Shown: piece after piece, positions 41,123 to 53,239 of the stretch | Numbering within the stretch: the first letter of the stretch is position 1 | How the letters are laid out: every line of letters starts with the position of its first letter | Source of the DNA: Lama guanicoe | Taxonomy: Eukaryota | Assembly: GCA_013239625.1 (NCBI GenBank) | Contig: MU053652.1 | Span: 4,703,902-4,767,901 of the forward strand | Length of the DNA: 64,000 nt | Reading direction: 5' to 3' | The notes under the pieces: model-generated | Told to the model about the DNA's origin: nothing | The model's database searches: none | Seen by the model: the letters and a program-made list of their open reading frames with translations, nothing else | Made by a program: the position numbers and the translations under genes

Positions 41123-41966
41123 TAACAGTCCCCTTTCATCTGCGGGGGATACATTCCAAGGCCTACAGTGGATGCCTGAAACCACAAAAGGTTCTGAACC
41201 CTGTATGTCCTGTGTTTTTTCCTATACGTACATATCTATGGCAAAGTTTAGTTTATAAATTAGACATAGTATGAGGTTAAGAACAATAACTAATAATAAA
41301 ACAGAACAGTTTTAACAATATCCTGCAATAAAAGTTATGTGAATGTGGTCTCTCCTCCCCCTCTCAAAACATCTTACTGTACAAATCTGATGCCTTTTCC
41401 ATCTTATCTAAGCACTTACTACTCTCTGTGGCCATAACTCTTACAGTGTGAGGTATGACAGCAAAACTAGCACACATTTCTTTTTCCTTCTTCACAATTT
41501 CACAGGGAGAAGATTTGTTCTTAGATCTTGGCAACCTCAGTGTACAATTTTTTTCCCCTTTTCTTAGTAAGTCAAGAACTCTCACCTTTTCACCTAAAGG
41601 AAGCCCCTTACTGCTCCTCTTTGGCATATCCCAGTTGCCAGCATCCCTACTCTTGCGAATTGGAGCCATTAGTAAGTAAAATAAGGGTTACTTGAGCACA
41701 AGCACTGAGATCCTGAGATAGGTGGTCTGATAACTTAGGCAGCTACTAACTGTCTAACAGGTGGGATATACTGGACAAAGAGATGATTCACGTTCCGGGC
41801 AGGATGGAATGGGATGGCAAGGTATTTCATCCCACTACTCAGAATGGCGCGAAGCTTAAAACTCATGAATTGTTTATTTCTGGAATTTTCCATGTCGTAT
41901 TTTTGGACTGCAGTTGACTGAAAGTAACGGAAAACTTGGAAAATGGAGGATAAAAGGGATCTACTC
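41123..41966. mobile_element. MER44/Tigger7-type DNA transposon with a transposase N-terminal remnant (minus, 41364-41669)
   Basis: Ends CAGTCCCCTTTCATCTGCGGGGGATACATTCCAAG / GGATAAAAGGGATCTACT; peptide MAPIRKSRDAGNWDMPKRSSKGLPLGEKVRVLDLLRK resembles the Tigger CENP-B-type HTH. Confidence 0.88.
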
Positions 41967-42785
41967 TCTATACCCCCAGCCTGGGTATTGTACGTCTGAG
42001 GGTTCAGGTTGCCATCCTCAGAGGGAAGCCTGTAGGCAAGTCTTGTGAGACCGCTAAGCCTCAGTGGCATCACTCAGTACTCGGGGTAAATAGTGAGCAT
42101 CCTGCCATGTTCCCCTGAGGGCAGGAAGGTCTCTAGTCCCACTTTCTTGAAGTATGGAGGGGGGTTTTTGGACTGTTTCCATGATCTCCAAATAATTACT
42201 GGGTTGTGAAGACCAGCTCCAGATTCTGAGTTGGACATAAGGTCCGAGCCCATGTGAGGAAGGGACGGGGGCCTCCCAGTCTGTGACTGTCGCACCACTG
42301 GGATGGGGGAGGCTCTGCTTCCTACAACTCATGCTGCACCTGCTAGTTGTCCCTCAGATAAACACACGCATCTTGTAAACAGAAAAGTGAAGCTGTGAGG
42401 GTGGGTGTTTTCTCCAGAATTATAGCCAAAAAGGGGTCATCATTCAAGACAACTTGAGGGTCGGTTTTCTGATCTGTGGTCTTTCTAGGAGACATCTGCC
42501 TGAGATGAGACGCTCATTTTCCAGAGAAAGGCCCTGTCCGAGCTTCAGCAGCAACAGGCCGCTCAGCCTGTCCCGTTCTGCCCTCTCTGACCCTCCAAGC
42601 TCACGTAGAGGATGGGGTGTGTGGGGTGAATTGTGCCCCTGTGCTGGGAAGGGCCTGAAGGCAAAGGGATGAGGCTGCCCCTGGCTGTGGCCAGATCCAG
42701 AGCCCTGAGGACAAAATTTTGAAGGTAGGGATGAAGTAGCCCTCTTTGTAAACGATAACTTAAAGTGGGAAAAAGTGCAGTCTTT

Positions 42786-42957
42786 GGGAGGTGGGTATAG
42801 CTCAGTGGCAGAGCGCGCACTTAGCACGCACAAGGTCCTGGGTTCCATCCCCACTACCTCCATTAAATTAATTAATTAATTAAATAAAAATACCCTCCAA
42901 AATAAAAAATCCCCTCCCCAAATAAAAACCACACATACAACAAAGACTAAAAAAAAA
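42786..42957 (+). mobile_element. Vic-1-like SINE
   Basis: GGGTATAGCTCAGTGGCAGAGCGCGCACTTAGCACGCACAAGGTCCTGGGTTCCATCCCC plus (TTAA)n and A-rich tail. Confidence 0.9.
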
Positions 42958-44304
42958 TCGTATTTTCCTTCACAAAGGGGCTGAGGGCCTCTCTCCTGTA
43001 TAGTATTTCATAAGGAGGGATAAATACACAGAGGAGCAGCACGATTTCCCTTGGGGAGGGAAAAGGAGAGTCCATGGCATCTGTGGGGCACCCCGGGGCC
43101 CTGCAGGGATGAGGCAGAGCTCGGGGCCCTGATTTCTCTCCTCTTTTGGCTTTTTCTTATGAGCATCAAGACTTGCCTTCACAGCATCTTCAGCTGACTC
43201 TTACTGCTTTCTCCTTGTTTGATTTGCTAAATGTCTGTTTCAGTTCAATGTTTCACACCCACACTGACAGTCTGCCGTCCTCCCCAGGCCCTGGGACATC
43301 TGCCAGGCAGTGACATCAAATGTGAGGTTAAATGCAACTTGGCTCCATATCGCATCCTCGCTCTCCCTCACCCCTCCACCACCTCCTTCCTTCCAAGAAC
43401 GCAGAATGCCCAGGCAGTGGAGGGGCTGGGCTGAGTGAACCTTACCCTCAAATTATCTGTTCTGGAAATTTTACCCAAAAATAGAGAACCTTGTATGATG
43501 AACGCTTGTGTACCTACCACCCAGCTTTAACAATTATCAACATTTTGCTGATCCTGTTTATCTAACTTCGTCTATATATACACATAATATATATTATATA
43601 AAAACATATTTCTTCCTGAAGTGTTTTAAAATAAATCCCAGATATCATTGTATTTCACCATAAACTACTTCAGTTTGAATATCTAATGGATACAGAAGTA
43701 TTTAAAAATAATTACCATGCCGTCATCACAGCTAAGAAAATGAACAGTAATTTCTTGTCATGATCTGAAACAGACTCCATAGTCAAATTTCTGTCATTGT
43801 CTCAAAGCTGTCTTTTACGGTTGGTTTGGATCTGTATCTTTGAATGCAAAAAGAAGTTTGCTGAGCAAATTAAGAGTAAGCAGAATCCTAATAAAAAGTT
43901 TAACCTTTAACAGTCATGACTGTTTTCAGGCTTTTTGCAGAATCTGCTTACATGGAAATAAAGGGCTTGTTACACAGGAGTCTCAGTTCCTTTGGTCACC
44001 AAGTAAGAACAGAGGGCCTGCTTTGTGCCAGACACTACAGTCAGGCACCGGGCGAGGTGACCCTGCCAGCAGAGGCTCCCAGCCCAGGGTGGAAGGGATG
44101 TGGTGGTGAAAATCGTCCAGAAATGACTCCCTGTGAGGTAGTGCACAGGCACATACGGGGGCTGTGGGTGCTCTGTGGAAGGAAGAAATACCAACATCAG
44201 GTCCCATTTTTGTAAAAAGACATTTTATGCAGAAAATATTTAATCATTGAGACTCCTTTGATTTGGCTTGGTTGTTCCTCTAATCAGTTATCATAAAGTA
44301 ATGC

Positions 44305-44750
44305 AGTAAAGCAAATGTTTGTGTTCCACCCAAAGTCATATGTTAAATCCTAACGTCCAATGTGATGGTGTTAACAGCAGGGGTCTTTGCAGGTGATTAG
44401 GTCATGGGGGGGTCTCATCAATGAGCTTAGTGCCTTATAAGAGACTCCAGAAAAAAATTTTAATTAAATTTATTTAATTAATTCGATTAATTTAAATAAA
44501 TTAATTCAATTTAATTTAATTAAAAATTTTTTAATTTATAAAGTAAAATAAAAGAGACTTCAGAGACCCTCCAGGTCCGTCCACCTTGTGAGGATCCAGT
44601 GAAAGGTGTGGTCCATGAATCAGGAAGTGGGTTCTCACTAGACACGAAATCCGCTGGCACCTTGATCTTGGACCTCCAGCCTCCAGAACTGTGAGAAACA
44701 CATTTCTGTTATTTAAAAGCCACCCAGTTACAGCATCCTGAATGCACTGA
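44305..44750 (+). mobile_element. MLT1A-like MaLR solo LTR containing an AT-rich insertion
   Basis: AATGTGATGGTGTT...GTGATTAGGTCATG and CTGGCACCTTGATCTTGGACCTCCAGCCTCCAGAACTGTGAGAAA. Confidence 0.85.
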
Positions 44751-46221
44751 CAGGTGATGCTTAACTCTGTAATTAATCCTGTAATTCTTAATCCTGTAAT
44801 TCTTCCATTTTAATAGATTCCCCTTCCTGTCCTTGCTGTCTTTCTTGAGTCAAGCTTTCCTGAAGGGGATTCCCTTCTTCCTAAGAGGACCCCTCTCTTA
44901 GCCTCGTTCCTGGGGACAGCCTGGGATTCTCTGAGTTCAGATGTGTGGTTCCTGCAGGTTCTGGAACCTTGCTTCACAGTCCTCCCAGCGTCCAAATTCA
45001 TCTCCACTTGCTCTGCAGTTGTCTTACTTTCAGTTCCTCTAAGGGCAGCACCTGAGACAAGGGTGCTGATGCAGGAGGTATATTTGGGAGGACCTGAGGA
45101 GGAAAGAGTGAGGAGCAGGGAGAGGGAGGCAGGGAAGGAGGAACAGCCATCCAGAATGCCTTATTGATGTAGTGACTGATGTGGGCACCCGGGGCTCAAT
45201 CCTGGTAGAATGCACTTCAGAATCGCCCCTGTGGAGGGTGGGAGGCTGCCCCCAATCCCCACTGGTTGGGACTTGCTTCTCTGGGGCCTTCACTCTCCCT
45301 CACTTTCAAGTTGACCTGTGTGGGCTGAAAGGGCTCCCCAGGGTGTCAAAGTGGAATGATGCGGGGAGTACAAGGCACAGCTACACAGCACAGCACATCC
45401 GCACTGATCTCAGAGGTGGGCCACAGGCATCAAACACGTCTGCTACAGCAATTCTCTTTCCTTTTGCTTCCCTGATTTATTAATACTAATAATGACAACA
45501 TGACTTATTGAGTGCTTTTTGTATATCAGTCATTGGGCTAATAGCTTCCCAAGCATTTTATCATTTAATCTTCTAAAGACCTATGAGGACAGTGCTATTA
45601 TACTCCCATTGTACGGACAATTAACTGAGGCCAAGAGAGGTTAAGTAAATTGCGTATATGGGTTAAGCACCCCACGGATGAACTTAACCCAGGTGTGTGG
45701 TCAGGCATCACTGGAGTCAGATCCTGCTGCTAAAAGCCTGGACTAAATTGCTCTAAGTTCCTTTTGGAAAAAACAAGGGGTAGTATTTTGGGCTGTGCGC
45801 TGTTATGCAGAAAGCTCCTGGGGTAGGGTCTTCTGAAAGGTCTTCCTGGATTGACCTGAGGTTTTTCTCACTAGACTCAGCCAACGTCTTGCCTTTGTAG
45901 GTTGAACGCGGCCAGATGCGGCCCCCAGACTCTGCCAGCTGCCTAGCAGCTGTGAGCGGCTGCCTCAGGGGAGTGAGGCAGAATGCCCGCAGATGAAAGA
46001 GATCTGGAAAGACAGCTTGAAGAACAGGCTCTTCCTTGCACTCTGACCCTGGGGGTCACATCACAGAGGAGGGAATGTCGTCTTCAGGTCTCAGCCCCGA
46101 GACCCCTCCTCCTGTGGGCTGGCTTCCCGAGCCACTGGGTGGAGGTGGACGGGGTCTTCTCAGGCTGCATCTGCTCAGAAACAAGAAAGCTCAGCCAGTC
46201 CCAGCTCCTATTCCCCACCTC

Positions 46222-46269
46222 AGGCGGGTAGGCGGGTAGGCGGGTAGGCGGGTAGGCGTGTAGGCGGGC
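46222..46269 (+). repeat. 8-bp tandem repeat (AGGCGGGT)x6
   Basis: Four perfect units, then AGGCGTGT and AGGCGGGC. Confidence 0.95.
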
Positions 46270-47249
46270 AGGGACTGGGGCGAGTCATGGCACCAGCACC
46301 TTCCAGGTCCCTGGGGAAGACTGAGAGAAAAGTGTTGTAAGAGATGGACCGTGGCCTGGACTTCTCAGCAACATGGGCCAAAAATTTCTCTTTTTCATTT
46401 AAGTTGATTTGCCTGGGGTTTCTGTCACTTGCTAAAGGAGTCTTGACTGGTACAGAGGCCAGACGCTTCCCCGCGGTGCCAAGTGACCCACTTAGGCTGC
46501 TCCAGCCGCATCTGAAGGGCCCCCTTCTGTGGCCCGCCTCCTTCAGGAGCTCGCTGCCCCCTCCCCTCTCCCACCTAAGCTAGCTTGCAGGAAAGGATGG
46601 ACAACTGTCATTTCTACTGGAGGGGAGTTTGCACTTATGTGCTCCCTGGTCCTGGATCACTCACATTTCAAGCCTGCTGCTAATTGTGATGTGAGGAGAA
46701 GGAGATTCACTTAAATCTACCGTGAACTAGACACGGTGCCAGGTCATTATCTCACTAAATGCTCCAGAGCGATCAGCAACTTTTTGAGGGGAGGGGGCCC
46801 TTGAAATCACCCATGGAAGTCACTGCTTATGATGCTCCAGCCTCCCCCTCTCACCAAGTCCTCCCTGGGGCTTGGCTTGCGTTGAAACTCTCAGGTCCTA
46901 AATGCACTGTAAGGGTCTGTGCTCTGTGCCTGCAACAAGAAAAGTCTTGTCATTTCGAGTCTGTGCACCTGATCTGTTACCAGGCTCATGTTTTTGTTTA
47001 TTTGTGGTTCTGTTGTGATTGTTCTTTTTCAGTTTGGGGTTTTTTAAAAAAATAATTTGGTACTTGGTGCTTCTCAAGGCTGATTTGCAGACCCACCCTG
47101 ACGCTGGTGCAGAATGTGCTCTGAGCTTTGGGGGAATCCTTTAGCCTGAATAACTGGCGGCCGGCTGTGGCCAAGCCTGGGCAGGGCTGACCCCAGTGAT
47201 GGACGGAGGCCAGCCGGGCCATGCCCTGTCACACACAAGCAGCCCTTCC

Positions 47250-47346
47250 TCAGCCCCACCACAAAAGGCGACAGGAAACAAAGATCAGGGGGCAAAGGTA
47301 ATTTATTTGGATTTTTTGGGACCGAAAAAAATTATTTCAAGTTACA
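47250..47346 (-). terminator. LEP: LEP polyadenylation signal
   Basis: Minus strand: UGUA (47343-47346), AATAAA (47302-47307), then a U/GU-rich element TCTTTGTTTCCTGTCGCCTTTTGTGGTGG; cleavage inferred ~47285. Confidence 0.8.
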
Positions 47347-49684
47347 AGAAAAGACAATCATTTCCATTTTGGAAGTTTCACACTCCAGGAATGAGCCATA
47401 GTGCCAGGTTTTGTGAGCAAAAGACTCACAAAAATCCCAGCCTGAGTGGCTGTGATTATCAGGACATATTTTTTTCCAGAGCAGGTCCAACTCTGCCATC
47501 CCATGAGTCTTTGCTCTAGAACTTTAGACTCTTAACTCTTTCAATAGCAAACTTCTTTGCCCCAGACGGGCTCTTCAACGTGTCCTTTTCCCTCCCATCT
47601 TTCCTTTCTCTGCCTTTCTTTGTAACTGCCTTCTCGCCCCATCACCTTGGTGTCTCAGCACCAAAGCTTCAAAGAATCAGCCTCCTCCCCCTGGGCAATT
47701 CACTTCCCTCATTTCCTGCTAAATCGGCCTCAAAATTCCTCTCTTCCAGCAAGCACCCCAAGTCTCCCTGCCCACCCCTATTAGCATCCCCAGAGAGCAT
47801 TACTTGGCTCCAGGGACACTCTAGGGTCAGAGGACCTGTTTCTAGTGCTGATCCTGTCACCTTTCTGCTGTTACGGTCTTAGGTTTTTTAAATTCTCAGC
47901 TATCCTTCTTCAAAGGAACGTGGCTTCACAGTAATAGATGCTGACGTGCCCTGAAAAAGAAAAATGCTACTAAGTCCAAGCAGTGTTAGCCTGGGGCCCT
48001 CTGGGCACTGCCTTCCTCAGCTCAGCATTTCCCATCTGCTGAGGACCATACTGAATTTCAGCTGTTCCATTGCCATGGTGAAATGCCGCCTTTGCATGCC
48101 CCAGAGTGGGGTTTTATCATCTGGAATGCAAGGTCCCTGAGGGCAGGACTGCATTTTAATATTTATTCGGTGAGCTTCTCTAGCCCATAGCACCAGTCAG
48201 GACTGAGCACAATAGGCGCTCAGTCTTCAAATTGATTGCTTAGATTCAAATTTCCTTGGACAGATTCACCTCCTGTGGTGTGATGGCTGCGTCACAGCAG
48301 CAGGATGGTGGGAAACTCAAGCCTCCTTGTTTGTACTACTGAACGTGACCTCTAGCAAGAGCGGGTACTCCTGAAAACCAGTCGTGGAGACCTGGGACTC
48401 ACTGATCCAGTGCTGACCCAGGTCTTGGAACCATCTTTTAAAGCCCACAGACCACCTACAGATTTCAGCCTCCCACTGGAATACAAATCCTTCCCACACG
48501 GATGGGAAAAATGACCCTGCTTTTGGCGAGTATGCAAATGCCAAACAGGGACACTGCTATGTTATAAACTCAGTGTGGGATCAGCCTGGACCATTCAGAG
48601 CACCACACCAAGGATCTCAACTCTGGGGATCACTATCTCCAATGCGGGATCCTCACTTCCTGATAAGAAAGACCACTCTCCAGCAGTCGGAGAAGGCCAG
48701 AGCTCCCCGCTGCCCTAAAGTCTTCGGCTTCAGCCTCGTCCCCACTCCCTCCACGGGCACCAGGCACCAGCAAAACCCCAGAACCCCCCTGAAGAGATCG
48801 TCTCTTATTCATGAAAACCACGAAGATGGGGAAATGATGTCACCCCATCCAAAGAACCCATCACACAAATGTTCTTCAAAAAATTCATTCTGGATACTTC
48901 CCCTTCCCTCAACGCATTCCCCACCTCCGAGTGCACACAGCTATATATTACACTTGACAAAATTCATCTTCTTTTGAAAACATCCTGGCCCTTCGAGATC
49001 TGTTTAGGGCAATGCCATTGCAAACACTGTAATTGAAAGTCAGTCACAGCAGAAACAAAGCCAGTCACTAAAGAACTAACTTGAGGGCCCTCAAGTCACT
49101 CAAAATGGGTTTGCCTAGATCAGGCTCATGGATGAGATTGGAAACAGCACCTAGGAGCATCTCTAGCCCTGGCTGACCCCAAAGAACCTGGAAAAGCGGG
49201 TGTTTTGCTTCAAATCCATAAATAAAATGCATGGTAAATAAATAGGCGCTTTCAACTCATGTTGCCTGGGAGTATCCAGCTGTGCATGCAGCGTAGCCTT
49301 CATGGTGCTCCCCGGAATTCTCAGATGGAAACTTGCTTGATCGTCCGAAAAAGCTCCGTGGCCCGCCTCCTGAAATCACCCAGGGTCACGCTGAAGCATG
49401 CAGTGAGAGAGAGATGGAACAGGGAGGAAGACTTCTGTGAAAACCCCAGATCTAGTCCGCTGCTGCTGGATGGGCACCCCTTCCCAGGGGGCATGGAACC
49501 ATGTATTTATACCTTTGGTTTCGTGCCTTGGAGTCTTCTGCCTTTGGAAGAGTGGCTTAGAGTAGTGAGAGAAAAATGGCCCGCAGGCTTGCATAAAGGG
49601 TGTCCACACAGGCTCTCTTCTCCTGGAGACACCTGGAAGCTCAGGATTCTTCCCTTGACTTTGGGAAGGGAGGCCTTCAAGGCT
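47285..49684 (-). other. LEP: LEP 3'UTR (~2.4 kb)
   Basis: From the stop codon to the inferred cleavage site; implies a ~3.0 kb mRNA, similar to reported artiodactyl leptin mRNAs. Confidence 0.75.
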
Positions 49685-50044
49685 TCAGCACCCAAGACTG
49701 AGGTCCAGCTGCAGCAGCATGTCCTGCAGGGATCCCTGCAGCCTGCTCAGGGCCACCACCTCCGTGGAGTAGAGGGAGGCTTCCAGGACGCTGCCCAGGC
49801 TCTCCAAGGTCTCGAGGGCCCTGGCCTGGGGCAAGGGGCAGCTCTTGGAGGAAGCCAGCAGGTGGAGAAGGTCCCGCAGGTTCTCCAGGTCATTAGATAT
49901 TTGGATCACATTTCTGGAAGGCAGACTGGTGAGGATCTGTTGGTAGATCGCCAAGGTCTGGTCCATCTTGGATAAACTCAAGACAGGGTGGAGCCCAGGG
50001 ATGAAGTCCAAACCAGTGACCCTCTGCTTGGAGGAGACCAACTG
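49685..50044 (-). CDS. LEP: Leptin exon 3 coding part (codons 49-167 plus stop)
   Basis: Acceptor cctgcacag|[122 protein letters not shown]; both disulfide cysteines present. Confidence 0.99.
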   Translation of the reverse strand, partial: QLVSSKQRVTGLDFIPGLHPVLSLSKMDQTLAIYQQILTSLPSRNVIQISNDLENLRDLLHLLASSKSCPLPQARALETLESLGSVLEASLYSTEVVALSRLQGSLQDMLLQLDLSLGC

Positions 50045-51047
50045 CTGTGCAGGAGGAAGGGGAGAGCAACTGCTCAGCGGGGGAGACATCAGCTCCGCAA
50101 ACCCTGGCCTTTCCCACAAGCATAGAGGTTCATTCCTTTGGTACCTCCTTTCTCCCTTCCACATCATCCTGCCTAAGCCCTTACTTCTTGTGCCCAGGTG
50201 GCTGCCAAGCCTGCGGGTTGGTCTCCTGGACTTCTGTCTTCCTACCCTTCCCAAACCACCCTGCCCACCACTTTAGACCCTCCTTTGCAAGTTATTCCCT
50301 TCTCCAGATGCCTCTGCTATAGAACCAGCCATGAATCCCTACTTCTTACTAAGTTGAGCCTCTTCCCAGCCCTTGAGGTCCTCCATAAGGTCCCCATTCC
50401 CAGTGATTCTCATTCCCTTCCTTCCGCAGCAGACTCCTTCCTCCCAGTCAGGTTCTCCATGAAATCCCACCCCCTTAAAGATCAAGACCATACCCCCAGC
50501 GATGCCCCACCTCACTCCTCTGCTCTAATAACTCGGTTACCAGGAGAGACTCTCCCCCTGCCCCCGGCCCACAGCACTCCCTGCACCACACAGGTTGGCA
50601 CACTCTGGATCCATCATGTGCAGCTTGTCAAATGACTATTTTGAAAGCAAGGAGACATACAGATTTTTCTCTATGAAATGCCCAAGACTCCATCTAATTC
50701 TGAACTGTCCCAGCTTCCAGCCACCGAACTTCTCCCCAGGTGCCCAAGGCCACAGTCAGAAATGCACAGTGGCCAGGAGATGAAGTCTCCAGATTGCTCA
50801 GTGCAGGTCAATAAGTAAACTTAAGGCTGGGGGATATCAAAAGTCACAACTGAAAACCTTTGAAGAGGACACACACTCTGTTCTGGTTCTGCAGGGGGAT
50901 GTATGGGGGCGATGGGTCACATGCTTTATCTGATTTAATCTCATAACGACCTTGTAAAGACTGTAAGATTGTCCCATTACCTAGAGGAGGAAACCATGGT
51001 TTAAAGAAATTGAGGAACTTAACTGGCTTAAGATTTTACAGACAGAG

Positions 51048-51209
51048 TGGGGAGGGTATAGCTCAAAGAGCTACAGCATATGCTTTGCATGAATGAGGTC
51101 CTGGGTTCAATCCCTACTACCTCCTCTAAAAGCAAATAAACCTAATTACCTCCCTTGCCTCCCCCCCCAAACAAAACTTAAAAAAAAACTTTCATTGTTG
51201 GAAAAAAAA
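51048..51209 (+). mobile_element. Vic-1-like SINE in LEP intron 2, inserted in a MIR
   Basis: TSD AAGATTTTACAGACAGAG at 51030-51047 and 51210-51227. Confidence 0.92.
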
Positions 51210-51776
51210 AAGATTTTACAGACAGAGAACAGAAGGGTGAGTATTCACACTTAGTCTTCCTAATTCTAATTATAGACCTCATCTGGGAAGTGGTCCCCAC
51301 AGAAAAGACCCAGGGGACATTGACAGCTGTTTGCAAGTACACAGAGGGCTGTATGTGAAAGAAGACAGATTTTTTTCTAGGCGGCCTGACAGGCAGACCT
51401 CGTGGTCATGAGAAGCTTCATGGGGTCAGAGTTCAGCTCCAACCACGAAGAATGCCCAATGATTAGCACGTTTTAGAGATGGGATGGAGACCCAGAGGAG
51501 ATGCTCCTGGGGGGCCTGGTCACCTCCCCAGGGAACACAGGACCTTTACGTCTCCTTCTGGTCCTGGGCACTAGGATTCCAGTCAGGGCAGAAGGGGAGG
51601 AAGGGAGTGGGGGCCGTGGGGAGGGGAGAGCAGAGGCAGCTGTCCGTGCGTGGATACGTGGCAGGGCATCGAGGCCACCACAGCACTGTGTATGGCTGCA
51701 TGGCCTCAGCCAACCTCTGAAGTCCGGCGTCCCCACGGGCCGGCCACTCCTACCTGGTCTCCCAGGCCCTCCCTAC

Positions 51777-51920
51777 CGTGTGTGAAATGTCGTTGATCCT
51801 GGTGACGATCGTCTTGATGAGGGTTTTGGTGTCATCCTGAACTTTTTGGATGGGCACGGCTTCAACATAGGACAGATAGGGCCAAAGCCACAGGAATCGG
51901 CAGAGGGGTCCACAGCGCAT
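51777..51920 (-). CDS. LEP: Leptin exon 2 coding part (codons 1-48: signal peptide and helix A); the exon extends to 51948 with 28 nt of 5'UTR
   Basis: ttttcag|GCCCC acceptor at 51948, ATG at 51920-51918, ACG|gtaggg donor; [48 protein letters not shown]. With exon 3 gives 167 aa. Confidence 0.99.
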
Positions 51921-53239
51921 TTTCCTTCCCGGGATGGGCTGCTGGGGCCTGAAAACAGAAGGAATGACATAGAGCGTGTCACTGGGATCTCGGAGAACAC
52001 CCATACGCCCCGTTACCAACCACATTATCGGATGCGGATAGAAATGAGATTGGCTTTCTGCTGTGGCTATCATCTCCCCAGAGTCAAAGACAATTCATTA
52101 TCTAGAAATACATTAATAAAATGCACTCCCTTGAGGACAGGCACAGCCAGATCAAGAAAACCACAGTGAGGTGAGCTGGAGACCGCAGAGGAGTACGCCA
52201 GGGCATGAGCACATGGACAGGGTTCTAAGGTCTGATTTGAATCCAGCCATTTACGAGCTGAATGACTTCAGGCATCTCACAGAAGCACTAAAAACTCCCC
52301 CTTGATCCCCTGCAATATACCTATCTCCAGGCTTTTACAAGGATCAAATTAGATAATGTGTGTGAAAGAGCTTTAAAGGTGTCGTGATGCGTACTCTATT
52401 ACTACCCTATTATTAGAGATTATGTTACTGTCCTCTCCATTACTCTCTCACTGCAGCCAGCTAATACCTCCACAGTGGCATTTATCACTGGCTTTATTAC
52501 TTCCCTTCTCTCCCACTGGGAGCCTGAATCCAACCGGCACTTAAGGAAGGTCCAGTACATCAGATGCAGTGCCGGACATCAAGGATGCCGCAGTGAACAA
52601 CGGAAGTCCCCTACTCTCAAGACGCTTACAGTTTCATAGGAGAGGTAAACAGGTAAATAGTTCACTCCAATACAGGAAGAAAGAGCTTTGCAAGAAGGAT
52701 AAGATATCACGGGAGAGGTGTCGGCTGAGCTGGGTATTAAAGGTCAACTAGGGGTCAGTAAGAATATAAAGTGGTTGCCAGAAGTGGCCAAGAAAGCAGC
52801 TGATGCAATGGCGTGGAGGCAGGAAAGAATGTAACACATTCATCCAGAATGTCTGAAACTTCCAAAGTCCTGGAACCATGAATTCTAACATGAATACTGT
52901 GCAGATCCTTGATTAAGCAGCAAAGTTTTAATGAGATACACGAGGCAAAAGGTAATAAAGTTAAATGTATGTGAGTCTATGGCCAATGATCTGTGCTAAG
53001 TATGTGTGGGTGAGCCTGAAATAACGAGCAAGAGTAGTAAATATTAGCATGAAGGTTCTAGAGATGGCAAAAAAGTTCATCCCTGATTTTTTGTGTTCTG
53101 CTTCATCTGGGTCCTGATAAAAACAGGTAATGCATTTTCAGTCCATAGGTGACAGTAACAGTATAATTCATATTCTGGCAATATAATAGAAACATGCAGT
53201 CTCTTTCTATATTATTTATAGTGCTTGATCAAAGGTATG

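Noticed and set aside
41364..41669. 101-aa Tigger transposase-like ORF as a domesticated gene
   Set aside because: Lies in an internally deleted MER44-type element, lacks the catalytic domain, and the HTH appears scrambled by frameshifts.
42786..42862. tRNA-Ala-like sequences (also near 19.4, 21.3, 26.8, 51.1, 53.3, 56.8 and 62.7 kb)
   Set aside because: SINE heads with AT-rich tails and often TSDs; degenerate stems, so not tRNA genes.
49259..49975. 238-aa plus-strand ORF
   Set aside because: Antisense shadow of LEP exon 3 and its 3'UTR.
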